Source: Octopus sinensis
Taxonomy: Eukaryota
DNA length: 64,000 nucleotides
NCBI RefSeq assembly: GCF_006345805.1
Contig: NC_043002.1
Span: 110,546,001-110,610,000, forward strand
Direction: 5' to 3'
Under the pieces are notes generated by a model. The model was not told the origin of the DNA, ran no database searches, and saw only the letters and a program-made list of their open reading frames with translations. The position numbers and the translations under genes are program-made. Shown here piece after piece: positions 39,269 to 51,796 of this stretch (the first letter of the stretch is position 1; the number at the start of each line of letters is the position of its first letter).

Positions 39269-39715
39269 AATGAGTATATACCTGTCATGCACATTTGTAA
39301 GGCAAGGTCTATTTGTTGAGTCATGTTCACAAACTAACATTTTCTCAATGTTTCTAATGTTTCAAGGGAAACATTTTTTCCTCAAAAACTGGTTTAAGTC
39401 CTTTTCCTACTTCTGTATAATGTTAAACTATGCAACACATTGGCAACCAGGAACAGATTTAGCCAAGCCCTCTGGCTCTGCAGAATTTCCGTGTACCAAA
39501 ATTTCATTTAGTAAAGTTGACTTAAGTCTATAGCAGAAGACAGTTTGTCTAAGTTGCTATGCTGTGGGATCAAACCCAGAACTAAGTGATTGTATTACAA
39601 ATTTCTTAACTGCACTCCCATTCCTGTTAACCTTAACCCTGTTTCAAGATTGTTGTTTTTCACTGGACAAATTGGAGCAAGTAGAATTGTATGATTTACA
39701 CTGTAATAAAACATA

Positions 39716-40113
39716 TCTTTATATATAAAAGTGAGGTTGTGTGCTGTCTGTCTCCTATGATTTAGATTCCTAACTACTCCCACATTTTGCGGTGCAGTTT
39801 AACCAAAACCGGGTATCTTATAGTCGTGATTCATATCGAGCCCTTCTGGGTATTAGTGCATGTCTACGATGAGTCTACGATTTAAAAAAAAGTTTACCAT
39901 CAATTTTTCCCATTTTTAATGCATTTTTGGCATATATAAGGGAAGTAACTCTCTAAAAGATTATTATTAAATCTCAGAACGTAAAAAGCTACAGTAACAC
40001 CCCCCCCCTTTGTGGTTAGCCATATTGAGATGGCTATTATACTTTACATCTCTAAAAATGCTTATATAGTTATTTCCCTTACAAACCCGAGCAACGCCGG
40101 GCGATACTGCTAG
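39716..40113 (+). mobile_element. Non-autonomous Helitron (398 bp)
   Basis: A|TC 5' end; 3' hairpin CCCGAGC-AAC-GCCGGG (40086-40101) then CTAG|T; no TSD; three copies in the window. Confidence 0.9.
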
Positions 40114-40896
40114 TTCATTATAAGATCTGAGGTTACTATTGTATGGTGAATAGTCCTCCATCCTTAGCCTCGTTCTATAGTGTTTCATCTTTATTTTCTC
40201 TTCTTTTGAAAGCTGTTCATGTTATGTTGTTTAATTATGATAAAGCATAAAAAAATATGGAAATTTATATTAGATAATTTGCACACACACACACATACAT
40301 ACACACTCATACATGCACACACACACACGCACTTTGCTTTTGTATATTCATCATCACTTCACAGAGAATAAGCTTGAAGAAAATCTTAATTTTTTAGGAT
40401 TTATTTTAAAATGTCTTCCTCTAGTTTAATGTAATTTCATTTTATGCTCCAAAGCATTTTCATCTGAGATCGTTATCTCCGTGCTCATTATCCCAATGTA
40501 ATTAGATAGGCCAGGTTGATGTAGTTGATGTCCAAAGTGGACATTTGCAGTCCATTGTCAGTAGAAAACGAAATATGGGCAGAAGAGGAAATTAGTAAGG
40601 TGAGCAAGTGTAAATGTTTGCAACAGAGAGGATTCCTTTAACTGTACCAATGGTTGATGTTGTGTTATTGAATAAGGTGGTATTTCTGCTCTATCACCTG
40701 GATCTAGTAGTAGAGGGAAAAGTGTCAATAAAGGTAGTACTCCAGAATGGTCTTTGCTGTGATGGCTAAAATTAGCTGAAGAACTTTTACTTCATAGTGA
40801 CTGGTTAGAATTAGACAAGAAATTTAGTTGTAAAAGTATTTGCTTTGAATATTTTATGGACAGTTAATGTTCAAATTTGAAAACCATATTGTTATT

Positions 40897-40937
<41 letters not shown>

Positions 40938-41018
40938 ATATATATGTATATATATGTATGTATATATATATATGTATGTATATATATATATATATGTATG
41001 TATATATATATATGTATG

Positions 41019-41071
<53 letters not shown>

Positions 41072-41115
41072 GTGTGTGTATATATATATGTATATATATA
41101 TGTGTATATATGTGG

Positions 41116-41163
41116 CCACCTCTGATGAGATCCCAATAAGGTTTGAAAATCGATTAATGGTGG
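41116..41163 (+). ncRNA. Putative minimal type-I hammerhead ribozyme (Penelope/retrozyme-type)
   Basis: Stem I CCACCT / A(T)GGTGG; core CTGATGA (41122-41128); stem II GATCC-CAATAA-GGTTT (one mismatch); GAAA (41145-41148); palindromic stem III AATCGATT; cleavage triplet UUA (H17 at 41156). Confidence 0.65.
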
Positions 41164-43219
41164 GGAGGTTATGCAATTTTGAACCATGTATGTATATCAT
41201 TCACACACTACTGTGTGTGAATGATATTCTTAAGATCAACATTTAGTCACTTGCAACCACTTCTAGGCTTTGTCACTAATATATATTTATATATATATGT
41301 GTGTATTAAAAATTAGAATATTGGATTTACTTGGAGTTCTAATCTTAAATTGCTATAAGGTTTTCTTTACCCTGAAGTTGATTTATAAATATTAATATTA
41401 TGGTTAAACAGAGAAGACTGCTTAACTAATTGAAAGAGATACTTAAGTAGCATATGAATTTCAAGAGCATAGTTGACATTCAAATGGTTATTCTGTATTG
41501 TAATATGTTTCAAAACTGATCAAACCAACCTGATAAGCAATTTTTTAAAAAAATACTTCTTCCCCACATTATTTTGTATTCCTTAAAATGCTGACTGCCA
41601 ATTTTTTTGAGTTATAGACCGTTAATTAAATTAATTCATTTTTTTTTTTATTAATTGTTTACTATATCTTTTATGGTTATATTTGAAACAAGAAATATCT
41701 TCAGATGTGTATTATTTTTGAAAATGTTAGTTTTTATAACATGTCACTTCTAGCTGATATAGCAGTAATATATTGTCTGGAGTTGACTTGCCTATCAAGT
41801 TAATTCTTCATTTGCTTCTATAAATGCTTCTATTAAATATTAATCCTTTGAGCATACCAGTTGTCATACAATAATGAGATGGCCTTTTATACTTCTGGAT
41901 GGAAAAGTGTATTGAAGCCTGCTGTCTTACCTGTCAGCATATATGATCATTCTTTTATTATAAAGTGGGTTGCTGTCAGCTCCATGGCATAACACATTTA
42001 GTTAAGGATTTATTCTGGATGAAATTAGTTTGGGTTTTTTTTTATATTAAATCTAGAAAATGTTACAATGAAGAAAGAATCTCTTTTCCATCAGTGCATG
42101 ATTATGTGCAAGGTAATTCTTGTTTATCCTTGCAAATTTGTGTCCATAATTCTCCTTAGAGATGACAATAAAACAACATTGTACAAGCATCACATTGTTG
42201 CAGTTCACAGAATTAATAGCTGTATAGCATATTTTCCCTATACTGTAGAAACAACTTTTTTCTTCTAAAACTCAATACTGAAGCAAGCTTGTCTTGTTTT
42301 CTGTCATTTTGTGTATTTTGAATATACTCTGATTGCTGTCCTTATCATGTTGGCATTTTCAGATAGTTTATTTTGTTCATTTTCTGTCATTTTACTTTTA
42401 GTTTTTTTCTTTTACTCTTATTTTCTTTATTAAAAAAAAAAAACAGAATTAGATCCTAATTGAATTCTGTTACTACTTGTTGTGCAGTCAGGTGAGGATC
42501 ATTTTCAAAGGTTTTTTTTTTCTTTTATTCTGGTACACAATTGCCATTATCTGTATTTCTGAAAGATCAATAGTTTGATATTGATATATATATATATATA
42601 TATATATAAGGTTGATTGGCTTTAGTACATATGATTGAATTGGAAATCATTTTTTTCCCTTCTAATGTAAAAAAGTCAACTTTCATCCAGGGAGTTATTT
42701 TAGGTATCTGAGACATTTATAAATTTAAAATTCTTTTCTTTTTTAATTTTCCTCTTTAGTTTTCCTGTTTGTCTGCTTGTCAGTTTTTAGATAAAATTCT
42801 AAATTATTTTATTTTTCTGTTGAAAAGTGGAGATTAGTTAGAATAGTATAAAAATATCCTGTTGACTTGACCTTATAGTCAGGACTTGAAGGTAATATGA
42901 ATAACTTATGTTTCATGAATATTTAATAAGTGAACAAGGTGAAAGGTGAGGGAGATAATTAAAGGGTTATTAGAAATTTAATAATGAATAAAAATATTAA
43001 CTAATTAGGTTATTATTATATAGTACTAATTGGAATATCTAATAATCTAAACAGAATTGGTTCACCAATTATATAGCTTGTAATACCTTGTTGGATTACT
43101 GATACCATTATTTCTGCCCTTCTTTTTTGAGTGCTACCAAGATAAAGGATAAAGGAATATCTTAGACTATAAAAAACCCCAGAAAAAAACAGAAAAAAGC
43201 TTCAAAGTTAAAAACTGGT

Positions 43220-43680
43220 GTGATGATAATATGATGGTGGTGGAATTGAAGATCATGATGGTGGCAATGATGAGGATGATAAGGGTGGTAATGATGAAGA
43301 TAATAGTAGTAATAAGGAGGATGACAGGTATGGTAGTAATATGGATGGTGGTGGCAATGATGAGAATGTTTGGGTTGCTAATGTTGAAGGTAAAAGTGGT
43401 AGCATTGATGAGGACTGGTGGTGGAGGTGGCAATCGTTATGATGATGGTGGTGGTGGCAGTGGTTAGGATGATAATGGTGGTGGTGGTGGCAATGGTTAG
43501 GACAATGGTGGTGATGGCAATGATAAGTATGACGGTTGGAAATGAAGATGACGACAGTATTGGTAAGGAGAAAGTTGGGGGTGGGGTGATGTGAGGATGA
43601 CTGATAGTGGTGATGAGGATTGCAGCTGTAATAGTGATGAGGAGGACAATGGTGGTGTTGGGAATTGAGAAGATGGCATG
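43220..43680. repeat. Degenerate (GGT/GAT)n trinucleotide low-complexity tract
   Basis: Directly visible; explains the His/Ser/Val/Met-rich pseudo-ORFs. Confidence 0.9.
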
Positions 43681-43959
43681 GAATGTTACAAATGAATAAA
43701 CTGAAAGAATTCATAAACATAGAGAAAGCATGATTGATAGAATGTCTTTTGGTTGTTTGCACTGCCTATAGTCAATGGCATTATTGCAATACCGTTCAAT
43801 TCATTTTGGTTCTTACTTTCCTTTGTTCTTTTGCTTTGTCTTTAACTTTGTTGCCCTTTTGGTCTTCTTCAGACAATATTCTACAACCTGATGCCTTTCC
43901 TGATACCAACCTTTCTTTTCAAGCATGGTACTTTGTTCCACTGCTCTTTGCATATTTAA

Positions 43960-44179
43960 CCCTTTCGTTACCAACCCAGCTGAAACCGGCTCTGGCTCTG
44001 AGTACAAATGTCTTGTTTTCATAAGTTTTGAATTAAAATCTTCCACCAAACCTTAGTCACAATTTATGTTCTTAACACTAACTTAATGATAACTAAGTTA
44101 TTTTACTAAATTCTTTGTTATATTTAAAGTAATGGAAAGAAACACAGAGCATCTCAAATTGAATACAGTAACAAAAGGG
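43960..44179. mobile_element. piggyBac-type MITE, 220 bp
   Basis: TTAA at 43956-43959 and 44180-44183; TIR CCCTTTCGTTAC / GTAACAAAAGGG. Confidence 0.9.
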
Positions 44180-44372
44180 TTAAATACCAAAAAACTACAA
44201 GATATAAGCATTACTACTGTCCCAGCAGTGTCAATTCAAAAACACAAATGTGTGTGCACACACAAACACACACACACATGCTGCACACATACGCACACAT
44301 ATATGCAATGAGCTTCTATGCAGTTTCTGTCTACCATATTTCATGCACAATTAGTCAATTCAAGGCTGCATT

Positions 44373-45006
44373 CTCTTTCGCTTCTTGTGGAAAGGATGCA
44401 TCCCAATGGTCAGGCGATCCATTTGCTGTCAACATCCATTAAAAGGAGGACTGGGCATACCGTGGTTGATGATGTGCAGACACACGCTGAGACTGCGACA
44501 TCTCAGGCTCTACATAGACGACGGTGAACAGGTGTAGTCGCCGTTTGTGAGGCACGCTTTCCTACAACTCGTCTCCATGACCGAACTGCAGTTGTGGAAG
44601 GGTGAATGGCACCGCGAGTGTCGCGTTGCTCTCAAGCAACTATGCCGTCCCGGGTCGACCTTGAGTGACTTCAACACAACCAAAGCATTCTATAAGGGAT
44701 TAGTGGAGGGGAAGTATGACGACGAGCTCAGGGTGAACCTGGACGTCGATGAGGAATACTTGACCCGCCTGTTCAGGACGACTTTCGGGCCAGGGCCCAT
44801 GGACAACTTCCAGAGATCCCTGGCCTGGCAGTGCTACCAAGAAGCGCTACTCATTTGGGATAAGCTCTACAGACACGGCTCAAGAAACACGGAGCCGACC
44901 TGCCCGGGATGTGGTCAGAGCGACAAAACTATTCTGCACGCACTCATGCAGTGTCCAACAATTTCCAACCTGTGGGCTTATGTCAAACGACTGCTCTCAC
45001 ATGTGA
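44373..45006 (+). mobile_element. L1/Tx1-clade LINE ORF2 C-terminal fragment with zf-RVT
   Basis: LFRFLWKGCIPMVRRSICCQHPLKGGLGIP...LAWQCYQEALLIWDKLYRHG...TCPGCGQSDKTILHALMQCP...LW (CCHC); a GC-rich island in AT-rich DNA. Confidence 0.88.
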
Positions 45007-45315
45007 GATTTTGGTTTAATGTGGAGGAATTTTGTGTTTAGGGTTCAGTAATCAATGAGAGTAAAGACATAAACAGGTGTGTCAAATTCAGGTGACATTC
45101 TTTGTATACAAAGTAGGTTGTTCTTGTATTTTATGCTTCAAAAAAGAACTAGATTTCTATTAAGAAATTTTAAATTGGCCAATTCTTCTTATCCATCTCT
45201 ATCCTCATTTCCTACACAACTACTTCCTCATTCTTCCTACACCTAATTTTCATTCACATAGGCTCATCTACCAAGAAAACCAACTTGTATAAACCCAAAT
45301 TAACCTAAGTATAGC

Positions 45316-45359
45316 ACATTCTGATGACAGCAAGCAAGCCAAAACTTTGAAGTCACTGT
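45316..45359 (+). ncRNA. CpG-decayed minimal hammerhead motif in a probable Penelope-like pseudo-LTR (~45160-45480)
   Basis: ACATT-CTGATGA-C-AGC-AAGCAA-GCC-AAAA-CTTTGAAG-TC-ACTGT. Reverting three CpG-type transitions gives a GGC/GCC stem, GAAA, the palindrome ACTTCGAAGT and a GUC site. Confidence 0.45.
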
Positions 45360-45480
45360 CAATCTATGTAAATTCTGTTATGTCTGTAAATATATTGTTT
45401 CTTCAAGACTGGGCAGCCAAAGGCAATGGGATATATTGTTTCTTCCCCATCACCACATATTCTTCAATTACTGTATCCTG

Positions 45481-45527
<47 letters not shown>

Positions 45528-45537
45528 TGTGTGTGTG

Positions 45538-45581
<44 letters not shown>

Positions 45582-45725
45582 TGGGGTGATTTCTGGTTTG
45601 GAGGTTTTGATCTTTTTTCACAATTAACAACTCTTTGGTGTCTGCCTTGAGTCCCACACTTACTTCCCAACCAATGTTGGGATTTGTCTATTTCTCTTCT
45701 GTTCAGCTTGTCCCAGTATTTGCCA

Positions 45726-45923
45726 TCTCTCTCTCTCTCTTTTACTTGTTTCAGTCATTTGACTGCGGCCATGCTGGAGCACCGCCTTTAGTCGATCAAA
45801 TCGACCCCGGGACTTATTCTTTGTAAGCCCAGTACCTATTCTATCGGTCTCTTTTGCCGAACCGCTAAGTGACGGGGATGTAAACACACCAGCATCGGTT
45901 GTCAAGCAATGCTAGGGGGACAA

Positions 45924-45979
<56 letters not shown>

Positions 45980-46137
45980 GACAGGCTTCTTTCAGTTTCC
46001 ATCTACCAAATCCACTCACAAGGCATTGGTCGGCCCGGGGCTATAGCAGAAGACACTTGCCCAAGATACCACACAGTGGGACTGAACCTGGAACCATGTG
46101 GTTGGTTAGCAAGCTACTTACCACACAGCCACTCCTG
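45726..46137 (-). mobile_element. SINE family A
   Basis: Near-identical to the other copies; expanded internal (CA)(TA) tract. Confidence 0.93.
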
Positions 46138-48044
46138 GGCTTTTCTTGCCATTTTTTTTTTTTTGCCATGGCATTTTGTAGTTCCAGTTTTAGTTAGATT
46201 TGAGCTGCTTTACAGTTTTTGCTGTTTCTTCATTTTTTTTACCATAGCTGTCAGATATTATGACCTCTGCTTTGTATTTTTCAGCTTCCTTGAAAACAGA
46301 AAACAATCTTTTTTTATTTTGTTCATGAGACAGAACGCCAGTATTTTGTTTATTATTTGTATTTGTGTTTTAGAAGTAGTTTGTATGAGAGGGAAAATTG
46401 TTGAAATTTTAAAATCAAATAAATTGGTAAGTTCTAATGTAAGTATTGAAGACATATACATTAATGTATATATACTCTGCTCAATCAGCCTTACTAAAAA
46501 AATTAGTACCATTCTCACTTCCAAGTCAAGTAGGTGGAAAACCACTTGTTTAAACAGTTCATACAAAAATGTTTGAATCTGAAGAACCAACCAACCTACA
46601 TTAACATGGAAATAGGAGAGTATATCAACACAATACATGTAGGTTTATATGTGATATGTATTTGCATAGAATGGAAAATGGCAGATGGGGAGAAATTAGT
46701 TGCTAACGGCACTCGTTGGTGTGGAAGGGGAATGTGACAGAGAAAAGATTTTATTTATTCAGAAATTTTTATAAAAATAAAAAAATATAAAGAAAATGAT
46801 AGTTTTTCTATAAGAGATTCAAGTAGATTTCTAACTGATTGTTACATGACTGTCAATTAAATGGTAAAAGTTGGTTCCAGGAAAATCAATAAGATGTGAA
46901 AATCATAGTTTTTATTCTTTTTTTATTTATATTGTTGTTTTTTTTTTCTTCCTAAATATCAACTTCTTTTAGCAATAATAAATCTGCTGTATTGATTTAT
47001 AAGTATTTCAGCTAAACTACAATCTATGCTCTACCTGGATTGACTTCTCTTCTGAATGGTTAGTTTTAAGTTCTCCAATAATCTATTACTGAATTAATTG
47101 ATCTCCAATAAATTGTTTTCCCTTAATTTTTCATTCTCTTTTTTCATCATTGGTGATACTTTGAATCAACTGCTGTGTACAAATAGTACTTTGCAACATA
47201 ACAGTATAAAACAAAGACAATTTAATATTAAAGAAATGATTATAAATATTAAATAGCAAAGCTTTTTGTTTGTTCCCAATTTTATTTTTAAAGTTATTTT
47301 TATTTCCATTTCCATTGTTAGTTTTGGTTGAATGGTTATGACACAGCAAAGGCATTTGCATGCATTTTGCAACAGGCATTTCAAATTTGGATGCCTTCCT
47401 TATTGTTAAAATATTTCAACCTGGAAATAGGAATGTTATCCATTTAAAATAGGTTGTCTTAGACAATTTTCTTGGGGTTCAGCAAAACAATAAAATTTCT
47501 ATTCTTTGTTTTGTATCAGTAAGTAATCCATCTTTATCTGTCATGTATTGTACCTTATCATTATGATTTGCTAAATATGTTTGAATTGCAGAAAGGAGTG
47601 TATATAATGATTCATGTACAGCTGAATTATTTGTTATAATTTTGTGTTGTCCATGTAGAAATAGATCAAGGATGTAAACAAAGCCATAGCTTTATTCGTA
47701 ATTAGTTGTCACTGCTTAAATCATTGTTTGGAAATCCCACCACCATTTCTAAGTCTTGATCTATGTCATTCCATTATTTCTCTAATTTTCAAAATCCATT
47801 ATTTCCTGACTCTATTTTAGTGTAATGTCGACACCTTCACTTTGCTTTGCTTTACATTGACATTCTCCTCTCACTATTTACAAATGAACTCGTTTCCCTC
47901 TGTATTATGCTTACAATCTCTTTTTGGACTGTTAACAATTCTACAATGTTACAGGACCAAATAAAACATTGAGGCTTAACAGCCCCAATTTGCTATGAAG
48001 TAGAAAACTTGTCTTCAAAACTATCTGTCCACAACTATTTAGCC

Positions 48045-48444
48045 TACTCTTTTACTTGTTTCAGTCATTTGACTGCGGCCATTTGACTACCACCTTTAAT
48101 TGAGCAACTCGACCCCGAGACTTATTCTTTTGTAAGCCCTGTACTTATTCTATCTGTCTCTTTTGCCGAACTGCTAAGTGACGGGGACGTAAACACACCA
48201 GCATCGGTTGTCAAGCAATACTAGGGGGACAAACACAGACACACAAATACACACACACATATACATATATATACATATATACGACGGGCTTCTTTCAGTT
48301 TCCATCTACCAAATCCACTCACAAGGCTTTGGTCGGCCCGAGGCTATAGTAGAAGACACTTGCCCAAGATGCCACACAGTGGGACTGAACTCGGAACCAT
48401 GTGGTTCGTAAGCAAACTACTTACCACACAGCCACTCCTACGCC
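48045..48444 (-). mobile_element. SINE family A
   Basis: Full head and tail recognisable. Confidence 0.92.
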
Positions 48445-48990
48445 TAGTTTGTTATTTCTAACTCCTATGTTAGTAGTTTATTTTAGTCAGTGAATTTTTC
48501 CATGTAGCAACCAAAAGGAACATTATACATGGTATGTTCTTTGTACTTTAGTAATGTGTTGTATAGTTAATTACTTTCTCAGTTTCTAGCTATTGTTTCT
48601 TTAGTCCAATTGGCACCTACAACAGCAGAGGAATAGCTTACACCTTCCAAAGTAGGTACGTAAGAACACATTAAAAACCAGAAATATCTTCGCATTATCA
48701 GATGTCTGCACTATGAGAGAATACTGAAATATTGGGTTTAAATACATTAAGGTTTTAATGGTGTAAATTCTCTGATCGATGGAGTTTTCTTTCAGATGAG
48801 AAATACTAAGAGTTCATTGCTAACTTTGAGATTGATTTCTTTATTTATATTTGTATATCAAAGATTCTCAATTTAACCCCTCAGAAGATGACTGAATTCA
48901 TGTATTGAACTCCCATTTTCATGTTAGAAGGACAGTTGATCTATGTAGATATATATATATATATTATATATATATGTACATATTTATATG

Positions 48991-49025
<35 letters not shown>

Positions 49026-49146
49026 ATATGTATGTATGTATATATATATGTATGTGTGTATATGTGTGTGTATATATATATATGTATGTATGTGTATATA
49101 TATATATATGTATGTATGTGTATATATATATATATGTATGTATGTG

Positions 49147-49177
<31 letters not shown>

Positions 49178-49234
49178 GGATGTATGTATATATATATATA
49201 TGTGGATGTATGTATATATATATATATATGTGGT

Positions 49235-49706
49235 CACTCCAAGGGGGAGCAAAATATCACTTTTCAAAAAATTGTCTGGATTTCCTTTGTCTTGTGAGGG
49301 TGTGTGTGTATATGTGTGTGGGTGCCTGTGTATCTGAAAGAAGTGTCAAATGGGAAAGATGAATGAAAGGTAGGAGCAGGAGAGAAAGAAAAAAAAATGT
49401 GTTTACATTTTTGCAACTGGTCTGTCTTTCAATAGTAAATGATTCTTGGCTTTTAGAAATGGCAAACTCAGCGGCCCACTTCAAGGGGGGCAAAATGTCA
49501 CTTCTCAAAAAATTGTCTGGATTTCTTTTTATCATTGTTTTGTGAGAGTGTGTGTGTGTGTATGTGCGCATGTGTGTGTGGGTGCCTGTGTATCTGGAAG
49601 GGGTGTTGCTGGAGAAGGGAAGAAAGAAGAAAGAGAGGAAGAAGAAATAATTGTGTTGACATTTATACCACTGTTTGATTCCTGTGCTGATATGGGTTGG
49701 CAAATC
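49235..49706. repeat. Two diverged tandem ~242-bp units
   Basis: CACT.CAAGGGGG..CAAAAT.TCACTT.TCAAAAAATTGTCTGGATTTC at 49235 and 49477, each followed by (GT)n and GGGTGCCTGTGTATCTG. Confidence 0.85.
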
Positions 49707-49839
49707 TGGATGAAAGATTGTTTTTATTTATGTATGTGTACATATGTGTAGTACTCTGTGTGTGTGTGTGTGTGTGTTTAATACAATTTACTTTACAAAA
49801 TTGGTCCGTCATCTAGTACAAATTATTATAGAAATATTT

Positions 49840-50385
49840 TCAGCCATTTAATTTGGGGGGAGAACTTTGTTATGAAGTATTTTTCCATATTTCTCCTGAA
49901 GGAGGTGTCATTCTTTGGACATTTGTAGAAGGGAGAGATCTTAAATTTTCATTCTCCACATGTATCTAGGTGTTTACTCAGTGGAATCTTTCGCAGTTCC
50001 TCCTGTTGGACATGTTGTCGGTGAATTCTGGCTCTTTGGCATAAAGAATTTCCAGTTTCACCTATATAATCCTCCTTGCATGTGGAGCAGGTTATGAGGT
50101 ATATTATGTTCTGCGTCTTATAGTTCGTGTCTGCATTTACTTTGAATATGTGACCACTCTTAAATTTCATTTGTTTGTCTCCCTCTATATATTTGTAGGT
50201 GGGGTTGCTGCAGATCCCACATCTACCATCTCCGCACTCTTTTACAAAGAACTCAGTTTTAGTTTCTGATGAGAATTTTGCTCTTGTTAGTTGTTTCTTC
50301 AGGTTTTTGTCGTGTCGTTTACTGTTTTTTATGCAATATTTGTTTAATATGTTTCCCATTTTGGGGCTTTGTAGGACTATTGGTA
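49840..50385 (-). mobile_element. Penelope-like element GIY-YIG endonuclease region, pseudogenised
   Basis: CGDGRCGIC...NIIYLITCSTCKEDYIGETGNSLCQRARIHRQH...PLSKHL...(stop)KFKISPFYK...RRNMEKYFITKFSPKLNG*. Confidence 0.92.
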
Positions 50386-51796
50386 TGCTTATATATATAT
50401 ATATATGCATATTTGTGTGTGTATATATATGTATCTATGTATCTATGTATGTATATTTATATATGTATATATATATTATACTCGAGCAAAGTGTCAATTA
50501 TTTGAAAACCAGTTTCATGGAGTACTTTTAAATCTTGGGGCCAGACATGTAGGAGAGCTGTTGTAGCTCCTATATTTTTGCACACATTATTAAATGTCAG
50601 TCGGTTTTTCTATTTATTTGCTGCATGGTAACAAAGTAGCAATTGTTTTCCATGGTGATTATCAATTCTGTCTTTCAGGCTCTGTGTATCCTTATTTGTT
50701 TCTATTGAGAATTTGGTCTTTTTTCTTTTATTTTCTTTTTTTGGTTTTGTTTTTTAATAAACAGAATTTATATCTCATAATAATAATTTTTTTTTTTTTT
50801 TTTTTTGTGCACCAGCATCACTCTGTTTCATCTCCAAAGGATTGAAATTGTTTTTGAATATATGCTTATCTTTGTTTTTTATGTTCCATGAAATATTTTA
50901 ATTCCATGGACATGATATTATCAAGACAACTACACTGAATAACCTACCCATTAATGAACACCTTGAGCAGCTAATGATAAGAGGCAAAACTTATACACAT
51001 TATATCAATCTCTTCTCCATCATTGTTTGTTAGCACACACTATATTGTTTACAATCACATCAATCCCATACCATTACTTCACCAAAACCAAATGCTTTTA
51101 GCAGAGTCTGACATCTGTATGCTGTTTGCAATTACCATAGTGATGGAACTGCCTGTTTGTACACATTAAAAACTAAGAGCTGAGTGGAGGTTGTGTTGTC
51201 TGTTTGCATTTTAGCATGTATCATAAACAAAAACATAAGACCTGTTCATCTGTTCAATTCTTACACATGATCAACCTTAATTTATTTACCTCAAATGCTC
51301 AGTTATTTTTCCACAGTATTTACCATGATTATTGACTTTCAGCATCCACAGAAGAATTACTTTAGTTCTGTTATTATCAATTCTGTTTCTTGAAAAGAAA
51401 AGGAAAGAAATTTCTTAATTTGCAACAGTCATTCCAGATTTCCTCCATTAAGCTAAGATAAAATAACCCTATTGCCCTATTGACATGTTAGATTGTCTTG
51501 ACCACACACAACTGTACAACACCTACATATACACTCATACCAAACACACATACATACACATTTCATACACTTATCTTACATATATCACAAATTGTTACCA
51601 CATATGCATCACATACATATCACATTTATACATGTTACATACATGCACACCCATATGTACAATGTTCTTATCATACTTACAGTATACCACTATACAGTAC
51701 TCCACACAAATATGCACATATGAACACACACATACACATTACATAGCTTATATATCATACAGCACCACCACTACCACAGTGTCTTGTAACTGACAT

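Noticed and set aside
43167-43762. His-rich and Ser/Pro-rich ORFs
   Set aside because: Degenerate trinucleotide repeat open in several frames on both strands.
45899-46737. 225-aa ORF, its antisense 126-aa ORF, and MADGEKLVANG... as genes
   Set aside because: The long ORF starts in a SINE and runs through T-rich low-information sequence with no domain motifs; splice signals for the short peptide are weak.
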